Assembly (NCBI GenBank): GCA_951406725.2
Contig: OX597816.1
Coordinates: 105,462,001 to 105,526,000 of the forward strand
DNA from: Octopus vulgaris
Lineage: Eukaryota
Length of the DNA stretch: 64,000 bases
Reading direction: 5' to 3'
Position numbers and translations under genes: made by a program. Below the pieces are notes generated by a model. It did not search any database, was not told the DNA's origin, and worked only from the letters and a program-made list of their open reading frames with translations. How positions within the stretch are numbered: position 1 is the stretch's first letter; every line of letters starts with the position of its first letter. Shown piece by piece: positions 53,131-64,000 of this stretch.

Positions 53131-53747
53131 AGAAGCATAAAAGTTATTTCTACTGGCAGGAATAGTATATATATATATATAGATAGATATATATAAATAC
53201 AGTCGTCCTTTTTTATTATTCATTTATTAAAATTTTTTTTCTTTTTTTTTTGTTTTCCTTTAATTATCAGAACTGCTAGGAAATAAATCAATATATGGAT
53301 GACTGATTTGTTTGGAACAGATGATAAATCATGGATGATGCAGAAATACAGATGAAAATTAACATAAAAAAAAATAATAATTAAAAAAAATCAATCGTAA
53401 AATGAATGAAATGAAATGAATGAAAAAATAGCCATGGAAAATATAAATAAAAATATAATAATTGAATAAATAATCTTATAAATATTACAGAATTTCTGGA
53501 AAAAAAAATGACTTTCATTTTCTTTCTTTTGTTCGGTTTTTGTTGTTGCTGTGTTTGTAATAAAACATTTCAAATTTCTTTCATGTTGTCATATATTCTT
53601 CTTTAATCTCTCTCTCATATTTTATTGTTTTTTTTTTTATTTTTAAACTTTGAAGGAATTCTATCTAATCATTCACAGATTAAATCTGGAGATCGGAAAG
53701 TAAAAATGCACATTATTTATTATTATCATCATCATAAATATCATCAC

Positions 53748-53784
<37 letters not shown>

Positions 53785-54493
53785 ACAGCAGCAGCAGTAC
53801 CAGCAGCGGCAATAGTAGTAGTAGTAGTAGTAGTGGCAGCAGCAGAACAACTGTTGCAACTGCTAATACTATTTCCTTAATTTCCATTCCTAGAATTTTC
53901 CCCCATTCTTACAAATGTTCAATGTACACACTCAAGCAAAGGATTGACATGCTAGACTTCCTTTATTCCTATAAAACAAAAGGTCAGGAAACTGTGAGGA
54001 GCATATTCATGTATGTGTGTGCACACATGTGCGCATGTGTGTGCATTTATGCGTAAATGCATAGACATATGCACACACACACATATTCTAAATCATTTGT
54101 TATTTTATATTCATATTTTCCGTCAGCATGGGTCTTCTACGGTAGTCATGCTCCCTCCTTCCCTCCCTCCCTTCACAGACACATACATAAATATATATAC
54201 ACGTGTGTGTATGTATGTATGTGTGTGTGTGTGTGTGTGTGTGTGCAGGTTTAGTACAATAGGAGAAAGAAAATCCTATATATGAATATATGTATTTCTA
54301 TTATTTTACCATTTTATTATTTGATAAGTGATATGCACCAAACTCTCAGTCTTTCAGTTACTTTTATAACATTCTACTAGTTGACGACAAAGGAACTGTA
54401 TTAGCCTACAGCTGTTTCTACTCTAAGATGCAGTGGACTCATAGTTGAGTACCTTATAGCTTCATTGGAGCCTCACACACAGATAAATATATA

Positions 54494-54725
54494 AAGTAAA
54501 TGAAAGGAATGGAAGAAGTAGTTATGTGTTACACATGTTTTGGAAATGCATAGAGCCTGTATTATGTAACGTTTAAAAATGATATCACAACATGAGCAAA
54601 GTTCACCAAAAGATGAGGTGTATGGTAGAAATATGTAACAGCTTTAATGTTATGTAATACAGATACCATGGATTTCTGAAACATGTCTATTGCATAACTA
54701 CTTCTTTTGTTCCTTTCATTCACTT
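54494..54725. repeat. Imperfect inverted repeat (~83-bp arms), old palindromic MITE-like
   Basis: 54494-54577 versus 54643-54725; many arm differences are TG/CA pairs typical of CpG decay. Confidence 0.8.
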
Positions 54726-57700
54726 ATTCAGTTATTGCATACTAAGCAGCATAAGCTACTTTTGTACTGGAGTTGTGTAATATGTCATTTCATCAGGATT
54801 ACTTTATAATTTTGGTATGGGATGAAATATATTTTGTATTTGGATTAATAAACTTTATTGATTGATAATCATTTCCTTCATGTTTTCATTACAAGCCTGT
54901 ATATGCTATGTATGTATATACATTAACAAGGTGAAAAGAGTGAGCAATTAACTATATAATGTAAAAGAACAAATTGCTTGCTCCATTTTCCTTGTTAATA
55001 TTTATTTGATATTTACAGATTTCAGATATATCATCAGCAAAACTATCCAGTTCTGGTTTATATTTTATATCTGATAGCCAGTACCTGTGGATGGGCTTAA
55101 TAAAGCAAACTCCAAGGTTAAAACTCAAATGGAATCTACACACACACACACGTATAATAAAGATAAAACTAAATGCTAATATTTTTGAATGTATTTAATA
55201 CATGTGTTTCAATTAATCATGTAAGAGAGTTCTTACAACATATCCTTTTTAGTCAAAATGGATCCCTTAATACATATATATTTATATTTCATATACATGA
55301 TAATAGATGCATTATCTATTTTGGTATTGTGTATAATTTTTTAATTATCTTTTTAAATCATATTTTCAGGTTTTGTGAATGGGTTTTGTAGAAACAGAAA
55401 TGTTCTATAAATGGATAGTTGTATGCTTTCAAGAAAATTCTTTTAAAATATCATCTTAATCCTATTGTGTATGTATGTAGCTAAATAAATAACAATTGAA
55501 GTAACTATTGTAGAATTGAAGCTTTTAGGACTGCTATGCTATAGATGTAGTATTTGAATCCTTATAAATCTAATTAAATTAATTATAAATCGACTAGAAT
55601 GATTGAATTTATCAATATATTTATCAATTTAAGGTGGCAAGCTTGCTGAATAATTAGTATACCAGGTAAAATGCTTAGCTGCATTTTATCTGTCTTTATG
55701 TTCCAAGTTCTAATCTCACCAATTTCTACTGTGCATTTCATACTCTTGGGTTTGATAAAATAAGTACCAGTTGAGCACTGGGTTTGATGTAATAGCCTTA
55801 CACTCTCCCTCAAACTTGCTGGCCTTGTGCCAAAATTTGAAACCAATATACTATCAATTTCATAAAATACTATTAGCTCCAAATTAGTTAAATATTTGAA
55901 TTTTCCAAATAACATTCTTGTGCTGAATTATCATTCTATAAACATATTCTGGTGTGAGCATTGAATAGATCAGATAGAACAGTTATTAATGTTGATTCCA
56001 ATGTTGATACAGGTATCCAATTTGTTGTATTTTTAATAAAGTACATTGTCTTTGAAAATAATGAAGAATATAGAGAAATTTAGTAACTGACTTTGGTGTC
56101 TGGAATGTTATTTGAGAAAAGGTCCTTACTGAAAATTATAATGGCAGGTTTTAATTTAAATATAAACACTTTAAAAGAGTAAGTTTTGTATTATAGAACC
56201 AAGAGCAGTCTCAGATAAGATTTTCTTTGTGTCCAGTTGTTAGTTGATGTTCATCAGCTCTGATCAAGCAGAAACGATTATAGAAAAGTTACTAATTAAA
56301 TATTTAGAAATTAATCTTCTAAGTTTCCAAAAGTTTCATGCTTTTGACCAAGATGAGAGGAAACCAGATAATCAGAGAAGAGGTACATTTTTCTTATTGT
56401 TGTTGTCAATGCTAACATCAGGTCAGTCCTGATTAAGCAAACATATGGCCATCCTGTCTTTTCCATGTGTATAGGAGAACTCAGGGTCACATTTTCTTTT
56501 CTAAGATGGTGGGATATGATTGAGGGAGATTTGGTTGCTATTTCTAGCATCCCAAATAACAAAGAAGACATTTTATACAGATATGTATATAAGTACACAC
56601 ACACATATATATATTACCTAGCTTAGGTATGTTTTATGATAGTGATCTGCATGTTACAGAAACTAACTTACACACACAAGCATGTATGCATGCATGTGTG
56701 TACGTGTGTGCATATGAGTTCACTTCACAGCCACATGATTCTAGGTTCAATCCCACTTTACAGCACCTTGAGTAAGTGTCCTGCACAGCAAAAACCAAAA
56801 TCGATCAATGCTTTATGACTGAAATTTGATAGATGGAAACTGTATGGAAGCCTGTCAAATATGTATGTATGCATGCATGTAGATATATAAACAGATAAGT
56901 ATGTGTTGAATATATTGGTGAAAATTCCTTGTGATATTTAAACCTGTAAGATGGGAGGTAATTCTTTAAAAAGGATGTAACTTAGATGCCCTTAGAGATA
57001 AATAAAATGAGTATCTATCTAAAAACTGTGGACTGATAGTATAGACTAAAAATCCTTGAAGTGGTGGTAGTCTCTTAGCGTGGATGCAGTCCAATGACTA
57101 AAGTCAGTAAAAGGATAAACGAATCTATAAATTCCTCTGAAATATCATACTTTGTAGTTTTGTTTATTACGTAAAATACTGTGAAAGATTAGAAAATATT
57201 CCTTCTGAGTTTGAGGTGTTATGTTTGAACTGAACCAATATATTTAGTGTACTTGTCATAAAGTATATGACCAACAGACTTATGGCCAGACAGTCAGAGC
57301 AGAGTCATTCTGGTCATTTACAACTTACAGCCTATTCACTGATAAGCACTGGAGATATTGCTAAAATAACTTGAGTAGCATATGGTTTAGTGGATTGGAT
57401 GAAATTCTTACAAATATATGGCCTTGTTTGTTTGAGTATTATTATTATTATTGTTGTTATTATTTTGTCAATGAACTAATAATAATAATAATGATGATAA
57501 AAGCAGGAAAATATTTTCATTTTCAATCTGAATAATCAGGACAGAATCTATTTTAAGATTTGAAGATAGAACAAATATTACTTTTGCCTCTCTTTCTTTT
57601 TTTTTTTTAGTCAAAACATTTGAAATTATTTTAGCTATTTTGTTATATTGGAATTCGATTTAAATGTCCTGCAAATTTGTGCTTTATATCTACAGTAGAA

Positions 57701-58555
57701 TCATATTGATAAGACTTGTCAGAGATTAGTTACTGTCCACATCAAACATAAACTTCAATAGAAACAGTAGTAGGCCAGTGCAGAAATAGGTTTACCAATG
57801 TCTGTTATGTTTAACTTCTAATTCCTCAAACAGCTCACAAAATAAATAAATGAATGAATGAATGAATAAATAAATAAATGAGTGATTCAATGAATGAGCG
57901 AATAAATAAATATATAAATAAATAAATAAGAACTGTCCAAACTCTCATCCTTCTCCATTTGCCACTTATGTAATTTTAAATAAATACATAAGTAGTCAGC
58001 CAGCAAATTCTATTTTTAGATTTAGTTTTGCTTTTTTTTTTCCTTCCTCTTTTCATTCAGATTCATATTCTTTTAAAGAGCTAATATGTCTGGAGATGCT
58101 TGCTATGAATAAAAAGGAAATGAAAAATAAAATGAAAGAAAAATGTATCACAAAAAAGAATATAAGAACTTGACGAAAAATACCACCTGCTTCACACTAA
58201 TGTCATTGTAATATCTCATCAGTCTAAAACACTTACTCTTTTCTTCCAGTTTTTCACAGACAACATTATTTGAACAGTCATAAAGGTTTGTTGAGATTAC
58301 ATTTATGTTTTTGGATTTACAATTTACTTTTTTATTAGTTTTCATCAGTGAACACTGTCATTAAGCAAAGCTAACTCTCCATTATCCATTGTGGCTAAGT
58401 GGTCTGGAGAGATAAGACCAATTAACACAGGCAGTAATTAATTATATAGCAGGGAAGCTGCTTGGTCAGTTGAACATGGTTCCACAGTATATGTATACGC
58501 ATGGGGTTGTGTATGTGTGTGCTTTGTTAAGTTGTTGTGCGTGCATCAGACAAAG

Positions 58556-58672
58556 TTACTTGAGTCTCTGAGTAACATTCGCCAAAGCTACGGCAAAAGC
58601 CTGCAAGGCAGTGAAGGGATATTGAAAATCCAAGGTATATGCATTGCTGTCAATTCTTCCAAACTGCATTAC
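58556..58672 (-). CDS. TULP4: Tubby-related protein 4, last coding exon including stop codon
   Basis: Acceptor ttttgtcaccag|GTAATG. Translates to VMQFGRIDSNAYTLDFQYPFTALQAFAVALANVTQRLK* (TAA at 58556-58558), matching the TULP4 C-terminus and in phase with the upstream exon. Too short to appear in the ORF track. Confidence 0.93.
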   Translation of the reverse strand, partial: VMQFGRIDSNAYTLDFQYPFTALQAFAVALANVTQRLK

Positions 58673-60169
58673 CTGGTGACAAAAACAAAAACGAAAAAGT
58701 TAAAGAAAACATCATTAATAAAATGCTTTAAATGAATAAAAAAATTTCAAAGATGAAGACATGTAACAGGCATATTTGCTACTTCAAAGACAGTCTAACT
58801 CTTACTTTATCAAGAAGAGATATATGCTATTACACTTGTTTATGACAGTAAAGAACTGGCTCAGGAAAACACAAGCACTTTCACACACACATATATATAT
58901 ATATACACATAATGCATTTTTAGTTTGCTGTGCATGAATTATTTTTCAGTGCTGTCATTGAATCACAGGAAATTTATATAATTTCAAAGAGAATTAATTG
59001 ACATATTTTATAGTTGTTCACTGTAAAATGGTTGGTGTTAGGAATGACACCAAACTGTAGAAAACCTGACAAAGCAGACACTACAGATCAGCACAGCCCT
59101 CAGGTTAGCTGAATCCAATTCAACATGTCCTATTCATGCCAGAATGGAACGCTGATGTTAAATGATGATGATGATGATGATGATAATGATGGTGGTGGTG
59201 ATGATGATGAATGCATACAAAAGATGTCAGGGGCACTCTGCATTAAGTTGTTACAGCTGTTTAGCTCTAGTTCAGCCCTGATTGAACAGGCCTTTGATCA
59301 AAAGCATTCTAGCCATGATCATGCATTGTTCTTTCTCTTTATAATGCTTGATTGAGATAGGATTAAATTTTGCCACTTTTTTTCAGAAGGTTGAGCAAAT
59401 GCATAGTTTCCCCTCAATGACTCATGTTCAACAAGTATAATTAGTACCAACAACTACTAGTTAACTATAACTAGTCATTCAGTTGTTTTCATCTAATCCA
59501 CATAAACTCCATCACGCACAAACAATTCCACAGACTATAAATAAATTAATTCTGTTAACCAAACGCAAGCTAAGATGATTCATACATAATAATGTTTGGA
59601 TTTTTCAAGTTATCCTTCTTTATAATACTTTATATTCAAAGATTCTTATACTGGTATTTGCCTTGTATGTTTACAAGTTTTCTTAATGAGTAACAAATGA
59701 ATTTCATTAAACATCTTCCACCTTCCATAAGATTTTTATCATGAAGGTTGCTTACGTCAACTAATCAATTTATATACAACCCAAGTGATCAATCATAACA
59801 AAATATTGCTTTGATTGTAGATCGCATGCTTAATCTATTGTAGCAAACTAACTTACTCAAATGTCAGTCTTCTAGAAATATCCCTGCTTAGTTTGTAAAC
59901 TTGCTGCCATTCTGTCTGCATAGAATTTAGTTCTAATGCACTTTTATTGTTACACACACAAGTTAGTTATCTGTTTCTTATTAAATTGCTCAAGTCCAGC
60001 TCACAAAACAAATATCTTACTTCTAAACATTTTCTTTTTTCAGCAAATGCAACACATTCAATGTTAGTTAACCATTGAAATAATTCTTTAATTACATCAT
60101 CATCATCATTTTAATTGTTGGGATAGCCATGGTTTCAAGGAAAGCATAAAATGTAGGGGCATCTGAATA

Positions 60170-60575
60170 TGGAATGTTAGATCTGATGATAGCATGAATA
60201 CCTGTCATCAGGCATCTACCATACTTTGAACATCTTACTTCCCTGGACATGAACACATTAAAGCTCTGACATCTGGCAGCTGACTTGGTCAATACTTCAA
60301 AGATTATCATCTTTCCAACAACAACCTTGAGCACATTTTTGAACTCCATATGTCTAACACTTGTGGACATGCTTACAAAATCAAAAAACAAAACATCTAT
60401 GACTTTTTGAAAAATCTTTTCACACTCAGAATTGCTGAAGCATGGAATAAACTAGTTGTTGGGACATGACAGCTTTCAAAACTTCCATGCTTCCTGAAAT
60501 TCACCAACAGTACACATGATGCAAAATTGTTTTTTAAAGTTGTAGTACACCTGAGCACTGTATACAACAATTTCC

Positions 60576-60620
<45 letters not shown>
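60170..60620 (+). mobile_element. CR1/L2-clade LINE 3' fragment with (TAT)n tail
   Basis: Reverse complement of the 17830-18230 family; FFTLRIAEAWNKL motif. Confidence 0.75.
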
Positions 60621-62436
60621 TATTATGTTAGCTCATTGATAGAGCTGTTTAGTAGCATACAGTTCTATGTTCACTTCCATGGACTGATGTTGAAATTTAG
60701 GTTGTTATTGAACATCTACAGAACATGAATAGCTAAACTGATAAGATACATGTCAACCAGCCAAAAGGTCAGAATTTCGCATCCTATAACTGGTTTCTAT
60801 GACAGAGATACTTAATTCTCAGCAATGAGTCTCCACTTAATCTCAAGAAAAGCCATGGGCAGTACATATATTGATGGCTTTCACTGCTGGATTCAATTTT
60901 CATGAGTGAAAAATTACTTGGAAATGATAATGATCCAATCCAGGAAGGAATATATCTCACATCTGACTGCAGGAAACTAACCACAAGAAATGACCTTATG
61001 ACTCATTGGGATTCAGAAAGGATTACTTCCCAAGTATCTAACTGAAAAGTTTCTTGTAATGTGTAGGTCTGCTTCATCAGAAATGATCAGCATCAACTAA
61101 CAACTATAATGTATTTATAGAAAATTTTATTCAAGCTTCAAGCATACTTCAGGTATTCAGGCTGGCACGGTTTGGACAGGTTGACAGAAGCTGACCAGCT
61201 GAAGGGTTGTTCAGGCTCCATGTCTGTTTTGGCATGTTTCTATAGCTGACTGCCCTTCCTAATACCAATCCCTTTACAGAGTGTACTGGGTGCTTTTAAG
61301 CAGGTACTATTTATGTGGCACCAACACTTACAAGTCTTCACAATTAGGGATGCTCAGCTGGAGAGGATTGTAAGGGATGAGTCTGTACACAAAGGCAACT
61401 ATGCTTCTACTTAGCTTGACATGTCTTTTCAAGTACAGCAAATCACCAGGTGTCTCAGTCCCCTATCATCCCCTCTGTGAGTCCCAACATTTGTAGATCC
61501 TTTCTCACCACTTAGTCTCATATCTTCCTGGGTCTACCCCTTCCACAGGTTCCCTCTACAATTAGAGATCAGCACCTTCTCTTGAATTTCATTTCTCATG
61601 TGTCAAGAACTGGCACAAAGTGAAGGTAAAGTTCAATATAAAGTAATGTATACACTATACTTGAAACTTCCTAATTCTTCACTGACTCTTGGTAAATTTA
61701 TCAAAGAACTTCTTGGTTAGTGAAGATTAATTATTGTTTCTTGTTATATGGTAGTAGAAGCATTAAATTGCATAAACAGTAAAATACATGTGAGCTATGA
61801 GAGTGATTGGTTAGTGATGGCATCAACTGATGCATGCAGATGAGACTACTGCACAGGTGTAACCTGTGATGTGAACATACACTGAATACCAAAGGTAAAA
61901 ATGTTGTGTGCAAGTAAATAGTGTAGGTTATCAGATACAGTAAGCAACTTGTAATATTTTTCAAAGGGTTCATCATGGAGAATGAGGGGTTAGCTCAAGT
62001 GATGCTTGAAAAGCTGTTATTGTTAAACCAACTACAGTGCTAGGTTTAATTATGAAGTTTATTTAACATTTTCCATTATACCATTTTCAATACTGCAAAC
62101 ATTTGGCAGGGTACACTGCCTTGACCAAAAGTCCCAGTGACATTGGGGGAGGGGGCTATAGAATTGTGTATTTTAGAAGGGTGGACTACTCATTCAAAGC
62201 TCAGACTTTTCTGAAGAAGAGAGATATTCTCTACAATGTACTAATGAAAGACTTTTCAATTTTAGACTTGTCAATTTTACAATGTTACTGCTGTTTACAG
62301 TGGTAAACTGTATTTCCAAGTGGAACTTAATGAGTACTAAGTGAACTAAACCATTAAAAGTTAAGAACCTTGATCACAGACACTGCATCTTGATGATGAT
62401 AAAAGACAAACAGTCAATCTTTTAGTTGGTTGTCAG

Positions 62437-62881
62437 TACTAGAGCTATCTCAATATTTAGAGTATATCAATATTACTAGAAATATTTTTAATTTTGAAAC
62501 CCAGCGGATGTATTCCACTGAATTTAGATAAATAATCCTTCAAACAGATGGTCAGTAGCGACTCCTGCTGGGTTCGGCTACTCTGCATTGATAAAGGGCA
62601 AATACCCTGAAACATGTCTGCAGATGCCTGACCAGCAAGGGGAAGCGGCTGACCTTCCCTGTTCGAAGGTTATAATGGACACAGGTTTGTGTGTCATATA
62701 GCTAGCTAGAGGTGATGGCCTCTTGGAGCTAATCAACGGCAGCTTTCATCCTATATTTATGGACTGCCATATTAGCTTGGCGATAACTATTAATATCCAG
62801 TATCGCTGCCGTAGTCTCCTTTAGAGAGACTTAGAAATAATAATATTTCTAATATTACTAGAGCTATCTCAATATTTAGAG
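62437..62881 (+). mobile_element. ~370-bp structured HHR-bearing insertion between 26-bp direct repeats
   Basis: TACTAGAGCTATCTCAATATTTAGAG at 62437-62462 and 62856-62881. The interior is GC-richer than the flanks, with many hairpins and one hammerhead. Confidence 0.7.
62582..62624 (+). ncRNA. Type I hammerhead ribozyme with mutated core, in the TULP4 intron (antisense to the gene)
   Basis: TCTGCA-TTGATAA-AGGG-CAAATA-CCCT-GAAA-CATG-TC-TGCAGA; perfect stems I and II, palindromic stem III ACATGT, core CTGATGA mutated to TTGATAA. Confidence 0.75.
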
Positions 62882-63169
62882 CATATAAATATTAGAACAT
62901 TCCTTTCAGTGCCCCAATAAAAATACATTCTTAAAATAGTTGTTCTTTTTATTTTACTTTAAAACAACAGCATCAAAAATAAAATCAGTAATGATAATTC
63001 TCTTCTACATAGGAGTACAATGTTAAAGATGAAAATAGTGACAGTGGAGTTTATGCCTCTACCAAAGGTATTTGGATTGGGCACAAAGTAAAGCTTACCC
63101 CTCCATTTTGGTACAACAATAACAGTGATAATAATAAATTACAAAAACAAAAGATATCAGTTCTCTCAC

Positions 63170-63361
63170 CTGACGTCCTCTAAACTCAATTTGAAAATTT
63201 TTGGCTGATTCCTGTGTCACACGCCCTCCGAAGTCTAACTGATACACTTGACTACCTTCATTCCATAACGGTGCTTTATTGTACATAACAAACTGACGTC
63301 CTGCACAAACAGTACTGGAACCCATGCGTCGAGGTTCACCCCGACGTCGTGCTTTTCGAAT
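63170..63361 (-). CDS. TULP4: Tubby-related protein 4, penultimate coding exon (C-terminal Tubby domain)
   Basis: 192-nt phase 0-0 exon with acceptor ttgtttcag| and donor CAG|gtgaga. It translates to IRKARRRGEPRRMGSSTVCAGRQFVMYNKAPLWNEGSQVYQLDFGGRVTQESAKNFQIEFRGRQ; NKAPLWNE..QVYQLDFGGRVTQESAKNFQIE is the TULP4-type tubby motif. Confidence 0.93.
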
Positions 63362-64000
63362 CTGAAACAAACAAAAATAAAAATTATATCCTGATTTGTA
63401 TGATACTGCCTTGAGTTCCAATGTCTGACAATCATGATTTCTTAAAGATTTTAGATTTGGGGAGGTTGTGTGTGTGTGTATGGTGGGGGTGGAGTAAGAA
63501 AATGAGAAGCTGTGATGTTAACACCTTTTTTTTCAAAAGTATTAGTACTGCAAAAAAAAAAGAGAAAAATAAATCAAATTGGAAACTCAAACTTATAGTA
63601 TTTATAGGGAACTTATAATTAAATTATGCATGGCAGCTGCTACAGAATACAAGATTGAGTGTGAAGTATAAAAATTTAGATTTTAATAGTTGCACTATGC
63701 ATTTTCACCTCCTCCCCCTCCTCATTATCAACATCAGCAACAGCATTATTAGTTTATTTTTTCCTTACTGACAATCTTACAATAATTTACTGTTGTTCAA
63801 AGTCTAATATTCATAAATCATTTTGACAACAACAAAAGTTAGTGAAGCTACCAGTTGAATTGTCAACCATATTGGAGACTAAATACAACATTTGATCAAT
63901 GTGTTTTAAATTACCCATTTTCTGAACCCTGCCTATTCAGGGTAAATTTTTCTCAATAATTCAAGATTCTTTTCTTTTAATAAACTAAATTGTAGGATCC

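Noticed and set aside
63095-63421. ORF-track 108-aa protein as a complete gene
   Set aside because: Only 63170-63361 is exon; the flanking residues are intron read-through beyond clear splice sites.

Overview
AT-rich, microsatellite-dense eukaryotic DNA. The SINE/LINE families and simple repeats suggest an octopus/coleoid cephalopod (inference). Nearly all ORF-track entries are simple-repeat or decayed-transposon noise. The only confidently identified host gene is the 3' end of TULP4 (two minus-strand coding exons, 63170-63361 and 58556-58672); there are also weak candidate exons of an unidentified plus-strand gene. The rest is decayed RTE and CR1/L2 LINEs, tRNA-derived SINEs, a piggyBac-type MITE, Helentron-like elements and a Penelope GIY-YIG fragment. 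The standout signal is about 13 type I hammerhead ribozyme (HHR) motifs of about 8 different sequence types. The centrepiece is a young, non-coding ~491-bp tandem array (20653-22753) with an intact HHR in every unit, an unusually long G.U-rich stem II and a fold-back inverted copy. It looks like a retrozyme/Penelope-pLTR element able to make ~491-nt self-cleaved, possibly circular RNAs. All RNA structures were paired by eye, and transposon boundaries are approximate.
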